From assembly GCA_963741945.1 (NCBI GenBank), contig CAVUKA010000005.1:320001-384000 (forward strand): 64,000 nucleotides of DNA, read 5' to 3'. Below, one piece after another: positions 28,041-37,782 of this stretch; within the stretch, counting starts at the first letter, position 1; each line of letters starts with the position of its first letter. The notes under the pieces are model-generated. The model saw nothing but the letters and a program-made list of their open reading frames with translations, did not search any database and was not told where the DNA came from. The position numbers and the translations under genes are program-made. This DNA is from an uncultured Gemmatimonadales bacterium. GTDB lineage: Bacteria > Gemmatimonadota > Gemmatimonadetes > Longimicrobiales > RSA9.

Positions 28041-29267
28041 ATGAGTGCTGCCGGTATCCGCGTCTACGCATTCGCCTCCTGGTACCCGAGCGCGTACAAG
28101 CCGTACTACGACGCCCAGTTCGCCGAGATCGTGGAGCAGGGCCACGAGCTGCGCATCTTCGCGTGCGGCACCCTCGGACGCGTCCGCAGCGGTCTGGTCC
28201 AGGCGTACGACCTCGACCGCCGAACCCGATACTGGCTGGCCACTGACACCCGGTCCACACTGCGCGTGCTCCCTCGTGTCCTCAGCCGCGCCATCACACA
28301 CCCGCTGCAGACGCTACGGCGCGCTGCGACGGGCGGTACCGGGGCACGCCTCCGAGCGCGCGCCAAGAATGCCATCCGGGCCACCACACTCCCATCGGCC
28401 ACGCCCGATCTCTGCCTCGTCCAGTCCCACGAGGCTCTGATTCTCGTGCCCTGGCTCGGGCGCGTCTACCCCGAGAGCAGAGTCGCCACGATCTACTACG
28501 GGGGGCTCCCCGCGGAAGCCGGGAGCCTCCGGGATGCCGGCGTACGGCGCGCCCTCCACACCGTGGACAGGGTTTTCGCACTCACAGAGTTCGCACGCAG
28601 AGAGGCCATCGCCCTCGGCGCACCGGAAGAGCGAACCGTCGTGCTGCCGCTCGGGTTCCCCATGAAGGACTTCCCGCCGTCCACCGGCCGGTCGTACCGC
28701 ACGGACGGACTGCTCCGCCTGGTCAGCGTCGGCCGGTTGAGCGAAGGGAAGGGGCACGCGGTGGCGCTCCGGGCCCTGGCAAAATTGGTGGACGCTACGC
28801 CCCTGCCGTTCCGCTACGACATCGTGGGCAACGGCCCGACTCGCGCCGCGCTGGAGCGCCTCGTCCGCGAGTTGGCGCTCGGCGAGCAGGTGGTCTTCCA
28901 TGGCTCCCTCCCCTACGAGCAAGCGCTCGCCCGCATCGGAGAGGCCGATGTGCTGCTCCTCCCGAGCATCCCCACGCCCACGTGGAACGAGACACAGGGG
29001 GCCGTTCTGCAGGAGGCGCTCCTTGAAGGAACGCTCATCGTCGCTTCCCATACGGGCGGCATCCCCGAATCGGTGCCGCCCTTCCTGCACCGATTTCTCG
29101 TTCCACCCGGCAGCCCCGAGGCCCTGGCCGGCGCCCTGTCCGAAATCGCGGTCATGGATACAGCGCAGATCGCGCAGCTCGCCAGGCGCGGTGACGACTG
29201 GGTGCGAGAACGTTACGATAACCGCGCCCTCGTCCGAAAGCTCGTCGCGGAAAGCCTCGCCACGTAG
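28041..29267 (+). CDS. Glycosyltransferase family 4 (WcaL-like)
   Basis: Motifs VGRLSEGKG, LLPS, ETQGAVLQEA, GGIPE. Confidence 0.85.
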   Translation: MSAAGIRVYAFASWYPSAYKPYYDAQFAEIVEQGHELRIFACGTLGRVRSGLVQAYDLDRRTRYWLATDTRSTLRVLPRVLSRAITHPLQTLRRAATGGTGARLRARAKNAIRATTLPSATPDLCLVQSHEALILVPWLGRVYPESRVATIYYGGLPAEAGSLRDAGVRRALHTVDRVFALTEFARREAIALGAPEERTVVLPLGFPMKDFPPSTGRSYRTDGLLRLVSVGRLSEGKGHAVALRALAKLVDATPLPFRYDIVGNGPTRAALERLVRELALGEQVVFHGSLPYEQALARIGEADVLLLPSIPTPTWNETQGAVLQEALLEGTLIVASHTGGIPESVPPFLHRFLVPPGSPEALAGALSEIAVMDTAQIAQLARRGDDWVRERYDNRALVRKLVAESLAT

Positions 29268-29440
29268 GCGAGCCCCACAACGCCGTCCGACACGGCGCGC
29301 CGGCCTCCCGGGTGGCTGGAGCCGGGCCCGTGCTCGAGGCGGGTCAGCAGCCCTTCTTCGGACGCAAGACCGACGGCCACTCCGCTCGAGGAGCGAGGTG
29401 GCCGTCGGTTTCTTTCGGGATTGCGGCAGGGGGCCGGACT

Positions 29441-29941
29441 TCAACCCGAACCACTGCTCACGAGGACGTCGGTCCGATTGCCATCCGCGTCTCTCGCCGC
29501 CGCCACACCGCTGGCGCGCCACCCTGCCCGCGCGAACCAGAACAGGACCATCATCGAGAAGACGTTCTTGAACAGGGCCTTGGCCGTTCCGATGGCGAAC
29601 TGCGTCCGGGCTCCGGCCGGGGCGCCCGCGTGAACCTGGATGGCGTCGAGGCCATAGACTGCCGTGCTCGCAAGGAACACCACGCCCAGCAGTCCGCTGA
29701 GCACCGCCAGTCCGCGAGCCATCCGGTTGTGCCGGGCGAGAATCGCCGTGGCGAGCGCCAGGGCGAGGCCGAGGAGAGCTGTGAGCACGTATCCGGAAAG
29801 CAGTCCATAGCTGCCGTAGCGCCATGTGGGCGCCCCCACCTTCCACGGCCACAGGTTCGTCCCGAGGTCGGCCAGGGGGAAAAAGACGAGGACGCACGCC
29901 ATGGCGTACGCCGTTCCCACAACGCTCGATTGTTTGCTCAT
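29441..29941 (-). CDS. Hypothetical four-TM membrane protein (paralog of 31942-32459)
   Basis: Four hydrophobic helices. P-L-x-D-L-x-T-xx-WP and WR(Y/F)G-x-(Y/F)GL motifs shared with the paralog. Confidence 0.75.
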   Translation of the reverse strand: MSKQSSVVGTAYAMACVLVFFPLADLGTNLWPWKVGAPTWRYGSYGLLSGYVLTALLGLALALATAILARHNRMARGLAVLSGLLGVVFLASTAVYGLDAIQVHAGAPAGARTQFAIGTAKALFKNVFSMMVLFWFARAGWRASGVAAARDADGNRTDVLVSSGSG

Positions 29942-30036
29942 TGCCCTCGTTTCATGCTATAAAGGCGCGCATCGGGAGGCGGAATCGCCTCCCGATGCGG
30001 CACTTCTTCCAATCGCTGCCGAAAGCCGGTCTGGGC

Positions 30037-30720
30037 TCAGGCCTGCATCCGGCGACGACGATACCCGAAACCGATGAGGCCGAGCAAGCCGGTCCCCAGC
30101 AGAAGCCAGGTGGAAGGCTCGGGCACGGGAGAGAGCATCACCATGAACTCCTGGCCGAATTCACCCTGCTCGGGATAGCCGACTCCCGAAAGGATGGCGT
30201 ACCTGTTCGTGTCCACGGAGTCGTAGTTGTTCTGCGCGTTGGTCACCCAGGTGCCGATGTTGGGCGCCGTATACCCGGAGGGGCCGCCATCGCCCAGGAT
30301 CTGCCAGATCGCTCCCTGAATCGACCCGTTCTGGTCGCTGTTCGGATCGCCGTAGGTAAACTGTGAAACCAGCCACGCGGCCTGGAGGTACTTGTCCAGG
30401 GATGCGTTGTAGGTGTAGCCGTACGCGCTGCCGGCGGCCCACAGTGGTGTGATGTAGACGTCCCCGCTCATGGGCTCGTTGACGGGGTCCACGCAGAACA
30501 TGTCGAAGGTGGCCCCGCCGAGCGCCCCATTATACCCATTGTTGATCACATAGCCGCTGTACCACCAGTCGCTGCCCTTGTGCCCCAGGTAGTCCAGATA
30601 CCCGGTCTGGCCGGGCGCCGGTGCCGGAGCCGGCGGTCCATACATGTCGACCTGGGCCGCCGCGCCGACCGGCATTGCGAGCACCAGGAGGACGAACGCC
30701 GCCTTGCGCAATTCTCTCAT
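30037..30720 (-). CDS. PEP-CTERM sorting-domain protein
   Basis: Signal peptide; C-terminal VPEPSTWLLLGTGLLGLIGFGY followed by RRRR; GGAGG RBS. Confidence 0.95.
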   Translation of the reverse strand: MRELRKAAFVLLVLAMPVGAAAQVDMYGPPAPAPAPGQTGYLDYLGHKGSDWWYSGYVINNGYNGALGGATFDMFCVDPVNEPMSGDVYITPLWAAGSAYGYTYNASLDKYLQAAWLVSQFTYGDPNSDQNGSIQGAIWQILGDGGPSGYTAPNIGTWVTNAQNNYDSVDTNRYAILSGVGYPEQGEFGQEFMVMLSPVPEPSTWLLLGTGLLGLIGFGYRRRRMQA

Positions 30721-30882
30721 GTACAACCTCCCACGTGGGTGTGGAACCAAGTGCCCCGGAGTGGCCAGCTCCCGGGTATGCGGGGCGCGAGCCCCACGTC
30801 CTGAGGAAGAGCGCCGCGGATCGTGGCCGGGCTGCGCTCCTCCGCGATTTTCAATACCGTCACTGGTGCGTGTTCTCGTGTG

Positions 30883-31656
30883 CTACCACGCCCCTTTCTT
30901 CATCATCACTGCCGGGATCGTCCGCAGCATGATCCGCAGGTCCTCGACCACGCCCTGGCGGTCGAGGTACTGCAGGTCGTAGCGGAGCTTGATCCGTACA
31001 TCGTCGATGGTGCGGTCATAGTGGTGATTGACCTGCGCCCAGCCGGTGATCCCGGGGAGCACGCGCTGCCGGCGGTGGTACTCGCCGATCTGGGAGCGGA
31101 GCTCCTTGAAGATCCCGGGCTGCTCGGGGCGGGGGCCCACGATGTTCATGTCGCCCCGGAGCACGTTCCAGAGCTGGGGCAGCTCGTCCAGGCGGTACTT
31201 CCTGAGGATGGCGCCCAGCCGTGTTGCGCGGGGGTCACCGGGGGTCGCCCAGACGGGTCCGGCCCGATCGGCGCCCACCACCATCGTGCGGAACTTGTAG
31301 ACCTTGAAGAGCCGACCGCCGTGATCCACGCTCCGCCGCCAGTTGCCGGACGGGAGGAACGGGTTGCGGCGATCCACGCCCACCCGCTCCTGGACGAACA
31401 GCACGGGGCCGCCGGACGTGAGCTTGATGGCGAGGGCGATGAGCAGCATCAGGGGGAACACCAGCACCAGACCCGCGGCGGCCACCACCACGTTGAGGAG
31501 GCGACGCGCCTTCCGCGAGTCGAAGTCGAGCTCCATCGAACGGAAGCCGGGAGCGGATACGACCTGGTCGGCGTTGAAGCGAATCGTGCGTCGGGGCACG
31601 AGCGGCGAGGCTGTCGAGCGCGTCGTCACTCGAGCTCCATCAGACAGTTGCAGCAC
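30883..31656 (-). CDS. Priming polyprenyl-phosphate sugar-1-phosphate transferase (small single-domain type)
   Basis: Motifs GPVLFVQERVG, YKFRTM, DPR-x-T, LDELPQLWNVLRGDM-xx-VGPRPE, PGITGWAQV. Start uncertain. Confidence 0.92.
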   Translation of the reverse strand: MLQLSDGARVTTRSTASPLVPRRTIRFNADQVVSAPGFRSMELDFDSRKARRLLNVVVAAAGLVLVFPLMLLIALAIKLTSGGPVLFVQERVGVDRRNPFLPSGNWRRSVDHGGRLFKVYKFRTMVVGADRAGPVWATPGDPRATRLGAILRKYRLDELPQLWNVLRGDMNIVGPRPEQPGIFKELRSQIGEYHRRQRVLPGITGWAQVNHHYDRTIDDVRIKLRYDLQYLDRQGVVEDLRIMLRTIPAVMMKKGAW

Positions 31657-31941
31657 GCAGTTCTCCGTTTCTCAGACCCGATCGGCCCAGTGATTCGGGG
31701 GCCGAAGTGGTCGGGAGTAACTGCAATACGCGTTCACGTCTTTTTCGCGAGAGGCCGCAGCGCCGTAACCGGTTGCCACATAACGTTTTAGCGGAATCAC
31801 CCCCGGAGCCCGCCGGCGGCGGATCTGTGGCGGCGATGTTCCGGAGTGTTGGATCCTCGCATCACCCCCGGCCCGCGACGATCCCGGCCGGGTGGCGCGG
31901 GGCCGTGCGGTCAGCCGGGGGTGGGAGCCTCCGAGGCCCCT

Positions 31942-32459
31942 TCAGTCCCGACCGGAATTGACCAGGATGCCGCCGCGCCGCTTGCGCCCGCGTGCGGTGC
32001 TGTGGCGTGACCATGGCCGAGCTCGCCTTCCAACCCGTCACGCCGAGCCACGCGGCCACGGTTATGGCCAGGAGGACCATGAGCCGTTGCCTTGACGGAG
32101 GCCACATCGAACGCGCCGATGGCCTCCTTCTGGACGCTCGCCCGGAGCTGGAGGAAGTCGAGGGCGAAGAGCCCGGACCCCACCAGCAGCGCGAAGCCGA
32201 TGGCGAAGGAGAGGGCGGCGAGGGAGCGAAGCGTGCGGCGGTGGTGCAACACGGCGGCGGTGATGGTGGCGAGGGCGAGGCCCGCCACGGGGAGGATGAG
32301 GAAGTTGGCGATGAGGCCGAAGGCGCCGAAGCGCCAGCCGGTATCGGCCGCGCGGAGCGGCCAGACGCGGGTGGACAGGTCCATGAGCGGAACGATCACG
32401 AGGATCGCGGCGACCGGGTACATGGACCGCATGACGGTCTTCACGGGATCTCGGCTCAT
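31942..32459 (-). pseudogene. Four-TM paralog of 29441-29941, apparently with two frameshifts (real or assembly errors)
   Basis: Homology continues ...ASVKAT / LMVLLAITVAAWLGVTGWK in a second frame (extra G near 32084), then GILVNSGRD* in a third frame (paralog ends DVLVSSGSG*). A hairpin follows the stop at 31942. Confidence 0.65.
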
Positions 32460-32469
32460 CGGCTGCTCC

Positions 32470-33153
32470 TCACGCCGGCAGCGCCTGCCACAGGGCCGGG
32501 ATGACGGCCTGTGCGGCGGCGATTGCGCGGTCGAGCGCTTGCCGGGTGGTGGTTTCCACCGGCACGACGATGCGCACGAGCGCTTCGTCACTCCGGCCTC
32601 TCAACGCGGTGTCGCGCAGCAGGTCGAGCTTCACGCGGTACTCGTTGGAGGCCACGCGTCCTCGCCCCTGGTACCAGTAGAGCACCATGGCTTCCTCGTC
32701 CTCGCGCTGGATGAGGTAGCGGTTGACGATGACGGTGTCGCCGCCGACGGCCACCGGCTGGTCCGCGGACGTCAGCGCTTCCCACCCCGCGCCGGGGAGG
32801 CAGTTCCTGGGCGAGTGGATCGTCGTCCCCCGCTCCTGCCGCTCATAGTATCCCACGTAGAGGGAGAACGGGAGCGCCGCCGCGGCCGTGTCCGGCTCGG
32901 CCGCTGGTTCGTCCGCCTCCGCGGACGCGGCGGGACGGAAGATCCGGAACAGGTAGTCGGAAACGCCGGCCACCTTCAGCTCTTCCGGCGAGATCTGCTC
33001 GTCCGTTCCCACGTAGCCGTCGATCCGGACGGGGACGGCGTCGGCGAGGTCGTCGCGGAGCGGGAGCGCCCGCTGCGTGTCGACGCCCACGGTCATTGCC
33101 GCGCCCACCAGCAGGACCGCGGCGGGGAACCAGAGCGCGAGGCGGCGGCTCAC
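32470..33153 (-). CDS. epsI: EpsI-family exosortase-associated protein
   Basis: Motifs LYVGYY-xx-Q, IHSPRNCLPGAGW, YWYQ-x-RGR, D-x-ALVR. Overlaps the exosortase stop codon. Confidence 0.88.
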   Translation of the reverse strand: MSRRLALWFPAAVLLVGAAMTVGVDTQRALPLRDDLADAVPVRIDGYVGTDEQISPEELKVAGVSDYLFRIFRPAASAEADEPAAEPDTAAAALPFSLYVGYYERQERGTTIHSPRNCLPGAGWEALTSADQPVAVGGDTVIVNRYLIQREDEEAMVLYWYQGRGRVASNEYRVKLDLLRDTALRGRSDEALVRIVVPVETTTRQALDRAIAAAQAVIPALWQALPA

Positions 33154-34088
33154 GGCTCCCTCCCGGCGGGCGCCTCATGGGGGCCGGCGCCGCGCGCCGA
33201 CCGGTGGAACGCGTCCTCCACGGCGGTGATGGCCCAGGCGAACACGCCCAGGATGGCGAACGCAACCACGAAGATGACCCAGCCTTCGGTGTAGTGCATG
33301 AGGCCGCGTCCCAGCTCGGGGCTCACGTAATAGACCAGGAACCCGGTCAGGAATACGCGGATCCCGTTCAGGAACACGGCCACGGGGATGGCCAGCGCGA
33401 TCAGCAGCACGCGCGAGATCGGCTTTCGGAGCCAGAGCCCCCCGATGAGGACGCCGAGCGCCAGCAGCGCGGTCAGTGATCGCAGGCCGCTGCACGCTTC
33501 CGTCACGAACAGGCTCTGCCCCGGCATGTGGATCACGTTCCCCTGGAGCAGGACCGGCACGTGGCGCCACTTCAGCAGCGCGCTCCCCATCTGCGATGCC
33601 TTGAACTGGAGCGGGAGGGCCAGCGTGCCCGTGACCACCGCGGGGATCGGGATGGAGAGGACGAGCAGCGCGGCCGGGAGCCACCAATGTATCACCTGAC
33701 GATAGCCCCGGAGGTAGATCACCAGGGCGACCAGCCCGAGCAGGAGGGAGAAGCGCATGGTGAACAGCTCGGCCGCCAGCCCCGAGGCGTAACGGAGGAG
33801 GACGGCGGAGAGCAGGATCGCGCCGCCGAGCACGCGCTGTGGCCGCGCCTGCACCAGCCCCCGCCGCCACATGAGCCACACGGCCAGCGGGCCGAGCAGG
33901 AGACCGTGCTGGGCTTCCGGGTCGTTCCACCAGTCGCGCAGGAGTGTGCGGAAGGGCTCGGCGTAGAGGACGGCGAAGGCAACCGCCGCGACGACCACCG
34001 GGACGGCGACACGCCAGTCGGGGCGCTGCGCCCACGCTCTCGCCCGTTCGACCGGCGAGGCGAGGACCTCCGTTACGGCCTGGCTCAC
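33150..34088 (-). CDS. Exosortase (EpsH/Xrt family)
   Basis: Multi-TM protein with catalytic triad motifs EACSGLRS (Cys), NGIRV (Arg) and MHY-x-EG (His). GTG start with GGAGG RBS. Confidence 0.93.
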   Translation of the reverse strand: MSQAVTEVLASPVERARAWAQRPDWRVAVPVVVAAVAFAVLYAEPFRTLLRDWWNDPEAQHGLLLGPLAVWLMWRRGLVQARPQRVLGGAILLSAVLLRYASGLAAELFTMRFSLLLGLVALVIYLRGYRQVIHWWLPAALLVLSIPIPAVVTGTLALPLQFKASQMGSALLKWRHVPVLLQGNVIHMPGQSLFVTEACSGLRSLTALLALGVLIGGLWLRKPISRVLLIALAIPVAVFLNGIRVFLTGFLVYYVSPELGRGLMHYTEGWVIFVVAFAILGVFAWAITAVEDAFHRSARGAGPHEAPAGREP

Positions 34089-34501
34089 CGGGCTCCCTCC
34101 CTCCCGACGGGCACGGACAGGGTCTTCAGCATGATCTGCAGGTCGTGGGTTACGAAGGCGAGATCCGTCCCGGGGCGACAGTGCGCCTTCCCGGGTCACA
34201 TACAGTAAAACAATCCGGGCGGATCGTCCAACCGTCACCGCCATGGCAAGCTCCACGCCGGAGCCGCCCGGCAGGCCGGCCTCGGAGCCGACGTCCAGCG
34301 CCGCTACACTGGATGTAGCGGGGCGGAACGGGGCAGGTTCGGCCGTACGCGTTCGCACGACCAGACCGGAGTCCCGCTCCGGCGCGGTCCTGGGCAGGCG
34401 CTGAGGCCCGGTAGGGGCGGGGTGGTGCGCGTGGGAGAGCCGGGTTATCGTTTCTGTCCGGCTTCCGCCGCGGGGGTCGTGAGCGGGGCGCGCACGCGCA
34501 G

Positions 34502-34518
34502 CGGCATCGCAGTTGCAT
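34502..34518 (+). promoter_or_regulatory. Candidate sigma-54 (-24/-12) promoter for wzc
   Basis: CGGCATCGCAGTTGCAT has GG-N10-GC spacing and TTGCA, about 70 bp upstream of ATG 34588. Confidence 0.55.
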
Positions 34519-34587
34519 GTGGCTCGAGGTTCTGGAACGCTCCTCCTCTCCCCCCATTGGATTCGTCCACGAAAGCAGCACGCAGTC

Positions 34588-36984
34588 ATGGCAGATAACC
34601 GACCTCCCGAGAAATCGGTGGAGCTGGCGCGGAAGCACGAGGCTCCGGCCCCACGAGCCGCTGCCGAGCTGGGGCCGCCCGGATACTCTCCGGACGAAGA
34701 GGAAGAGGGCGGGGTCAGTCTCAAGCGGATGATGGCCGCGGTGCTGCGGTACAAGTGGGCCATCATCGCGGTGACGGTGCTCGGCACCGTGGGCGGCGCG
34801 ATTGCTGGCCGGTACGTGGATCCGGAATACGCGGCGCAGGCCACGATCTGGATCGAGACGTCGGACCGGTCGGATCGCGCGGACGCGGGCCCGATCCGGT
34901 CCAACGAGCTGCTCTCTTCCTCGGCGTGGATCGACCTGCTCCGCTCGTTCGTCGTTCTCGATTACGTGGTCCGCGAGCAGAAGCTGTATCTCCACCCCAG
35001 GCCGCTCTCCGATTCCTCGTACCTGGCCGGCTTCGACCTGAAGGACCGATTCGCGCCGGGCGACTTCAGCCTGGAAGTGGACCCGAGCGCGCGGCAGTAC
35101 GTGCTCGAGCGGGATGGCGCCCGGGTCGAGTCAGGGGCGTTCGGCGACTCGGTGGGCGCGCAGCTGGGCTTCGCATGGCAGCCGAACCTCGCGCAGTTCC
35201 CGCCGGACCGACCCGTGGAGTTCCGCGTTTCGGTGCCGCGGGAAGAGTCGCTGAGGCTGGGGCGTGAGCTGCGCACCACGCTGGACAAGATGGGCAACTT
35301 CCTCCGCCTGGAGCTTCAGGGGGCGGATCCGGTCAAGACCGCGGCCACGCTGAACGCGCTCACGGACCGCTACATCGAGGTGGCGGGGCAGCTGAAGCGT
35401 GCGAAGCAGGACGAGCTGGTGAAGATCCTGGACGAGCAGCTGGACGACGCGCAGCAGTCGCTGAAGGATTCGGAATCGTCGCTGGAGAGCTTCAAGATCC
35501 ACACGGTCACGCTGCCCTCGGAGCCGTCGACGCCGATCACGCCAGGGATCGCCATGACCCAGGGCCCGGTGTTCCAGAACTTCTTCTCGATGCGGGTGCA
35601 GGCGGAGCAGCTGCGGCGGGACCGTGACGCGATCCGGCGGGCGTTGAGCGACCCCAAGGGCGTCGAGCCGGAGGCGTTCCAGTCGATCGGGTCGGTGCAG
35701 CAGTCCGCCCAGCTGTCGGGGGCGCTGAACGAGCTCAACAAGAAGCGCGCGGACCTGCGGGCGCTGCAGTACCAGTACACGGAGGAGTATCCGCCGCTGC
35801 GTCAGCTCGCCGGCGAGATCCGCACGCTGGAGGAGACCACGATCCCAAGGCTGGCCCGGACGCTCATGTCCGAGCTGGACGCGCGGCAGAATGAGATCCA
35901 GAAGAACCTCGACTCCGCGTCGGGGGAGCTGCGCCAGGTGCCGCCGCGCACCATCGAGGAGGCGAGGCTGCAGCGGCAGGTGGACATCGCCACCAACCTG
36001 TACACCACGCTGCAGTCGCGCTACGAGGCGGCCCGGCTGGCGGCCGCCAGCAGCATCCCCGACGTCCGCGTGCTGGACGAGGCGACCGTGCCGCGGCGCC
36101 CGGTGAAGGAGCAGGGAATCCAGCTGATCCTCATGGCGTTCGGCCTGAGCCTCGGGCTCGGTGTGGGCGGTGCGATCCTGCGCGACCGCCTCGACCCACG
36201 GGTGCGCTACGCGGACCAAGTCACGCGCGAGATGGGACTCTCGATCCTGGGGAGCATCCCCAACCTGCGGAAGAAGCGGACCGAAACGGTTCACACCGAC
36301 GAAGTACTCGAATCGTTCCGCACCATCCGCCTGAGCGTCATCAACGCGTACGGCGCCGCCGGCCCGCTCACCCTCACCATCTCCAGCCCCGGGCCGGGAG
36401 ACGGGAAGTCCTTCGTCGCCTCGAACCTGGCGCTGTCGTTCTCGGAGCTGGGCTATCGCACGCTGCTGGTGGACGGCGACATCCGCCGCGGCACCCTCCA
36501 CCGCATCCTCGACACGGAGCGCAAACCCGGGCTGACGGACTTCCTGGATGGCGACATCGAGGAGGATCAGCTCATCCGGCACACGCGCTTCGAGCGGCTC
36601 CACCTCATCACATCCGGCGCCCGGGTCCGGCACGGCCCCGAGCTGCTCAGCTCGCCAGCCATGCGCGAGCTGCTGCTGGGAATGCGCTCGCAGTACGACG
36701 CGATCCTCGTGGACAGCCCGCCACTCGGCGCCGGCGTGGACCCGTTCGCCCTCGGCACCCTCACCGGCAACATGCTGGTGGTGGTGCGCAGCGGGACCAC
36801 GAACCGCGAGATGGCGGAAAGCAAGCTCGACCTGCTGGAGCGGCTGCCGATCCGGCTGCTCGGGGCGGTGTTCAACGGGGTCCCGCCATCGTCCGCCTAC
36901 GGGTATTATCGCTACGTCGCGGGCTACGCCGCCCGCGACGAGGACGAGCTGCACGAACCGGCACAGCTGGAGACGCCAGCATGA
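34588..36984 (+). CDS. wzc: Polysaccharide co-polymerase / BY tyrosine autokinase (Wzc family)
   Basis: Two TMs flank a coiled-coil region. Walker A GPGDGKS, LLVDGD, LVDSPP, C-terminal Tyr cluster YGYYRYVAGY. Confidence 0.92.
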   Translation: MADNRPPEKSVELARKHEAPAPRAAAELGPPGYSPDEEEEGGVSLKRMMAAVLRYKWAIIAVTVLGTVGGAIAGRYVDPEYAAQATIWIETSDRSDRADAGPIRSNELLSSSAWIDLLRSFVVLDYVVREQKLYLHPRPLSDSSYLAGFDLKDRFAPGDFSLEVDPSARQYVLERDGARVESGAFGDSVGAQLGFAWQPNLAQFPPDRPVEFRVSVPREESLRLGRELRTTLDKMGNFLRLELQGADPVKTAATLNALTDRYIEVAGQLKRAKQDELVKILDEQLDDAQQSLKDSESSLESFKIHTVTLPSEPSTPITPGIAMTQGPVFQNFFSMRVQAEQLRRDRDAIRRALSDPKGVEPEAFQSIGSVQQSAQLSGALNELNKKRADLRALQYQYTEEYPPLRQLAGEIRTLEETTIPRLARTLMSELDARQNEIQKNLDSASGELRQVPPRTIEEARLQRQVDIATNLYTTLQSRYEAARLAAASSIPDVRVLDEATVPRRPVKEQGIQLILMAFGLSLGLGVGGAILRDRLDPRVRYADQVTREMGLSILGSIPNLRKKRTETVHTDEVLESFRTIRLSVINAYGAAGPLTLTISSPGPGDGKSFVASNLALSFSELGYRTLLVDGDIRRGTLHRILDTERKPGLTDFLDGDIEEDQLIRHTRFERLHLITSGARVRHGPELLSSPAMRELLLGMRSQYDAILVDSPPLGAGVDPFALGTLTGNMLVVVRSGTTNREMAESKLDLLERLPIRLLGAVFNGVPPSSAYGYYRYVAGYAARDEDELHEPAQLETPA

Positions 36985-37775
36985 GACGGATAGATCACTT
37001 CCTGGGATGGACCCTCCTCGTGGCGGGCCTGTGCCTCGCCGCGGCGGCCCCGGCGCGGGCGCAGAGCGGGATCCGGTGGGACCCCCGCACCACGGAGATG
37101 ACGCGGTCGCAGCTGAACGAGATCGTGCAGCGGCTCGATGAGGCCGCCGCATCCCCCGGCTACAGCTCGAAAGTGCGGGAGCAGGCGCAGCGGGAGGCCG
37201 AGTTCATCCGCAGCCGTCTGCAGACGGGCGACTTCCAGATCGGCGACCGGGTGGTGCTCTGGGTTCAGGGGCAGCCCCAGCTGAGCGACACCCTCGCCGT
37301 CCAGCCCGGCCGGGTCCTCGTGCTGCCGGACATCGGAGAAGTGTCGCTGGCCGGCGTGCTCCGCTCCGAGCTGCAGTCGCACCTGGAGCAGCAGATCGCA
37401 CGGTACGTCAAGGACCCGAGCGTACGCGCCCACAGCCTGATCCGACTGGCCGTGCTCGGGCAGGTGGGGCAGCAGGGGTTCTACACCATTCCGGCCGACG
37501 CCATGGTGCAGGACGCCCTCATGACGGCCGGCGGCCCCGCGGGCGACGCCGACCTCGACCACGTCGAGATCCGCCGCGGCGACCGCGTGGTCTGGACAGG
37601 CGACGCGCTGCAGCAGGCCATCACGGCGGGGCGCACGCTCGACCAGCTGAACCTGCAGGCTGGCGACCGGATCATGGTGCCGAAGGAGAGCCACGGCGGC
37701 TTCTTCTCGTTCGGGACGCTGAGGAGCATGCTCCTCCTCATCCCGCCGCTGGTCTATCTGATCACGCGGCTTTAG
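36981..37775 (+). CDS. Polysaccharide export/SLBB-domain protein (Wza-like)
   Basis: Signal peptide; GDRV...LPDIGEVSLAG, LGQV-xx-G-x-Y, AGG, LQAGDRI-x-VP; C-terminal hydrophobic helix. Confidence 0.82.
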   Translation: MRRIDHFLGWTLLVAGLCLAAAAPARAQSGIRWDPRTTEMTRSQLNEIVQRLDEAAASPGYSSKVREQAQREAEFIRSRLQTGDFQIGDRVVLWVQGQPQLSDTLAVQPGRVLVLPDIGEVSLAGVLRSELQSHLEQQIARYVKDPSVRAHSLIRLAVLGQVGQQGFYTIPADAMVQDALMTAGGPAGDADLDHVEIRRGDRVVWTGDALQQAITAGRTLDQLNLQAGDRIMVPKESHGGFFSFGTLRSMLLLIPPLVYLITRL

Positions 37776-37782
37776 CCCCGGC

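Noticed and set aside
30744-30760. Sigma-54 promoter for the PEP-CTERM gene (GGCACTTGGTTCCA), and a similar site near 31765-31780
   Set aside because: Spacing is wrong and the -12 GC is missing.
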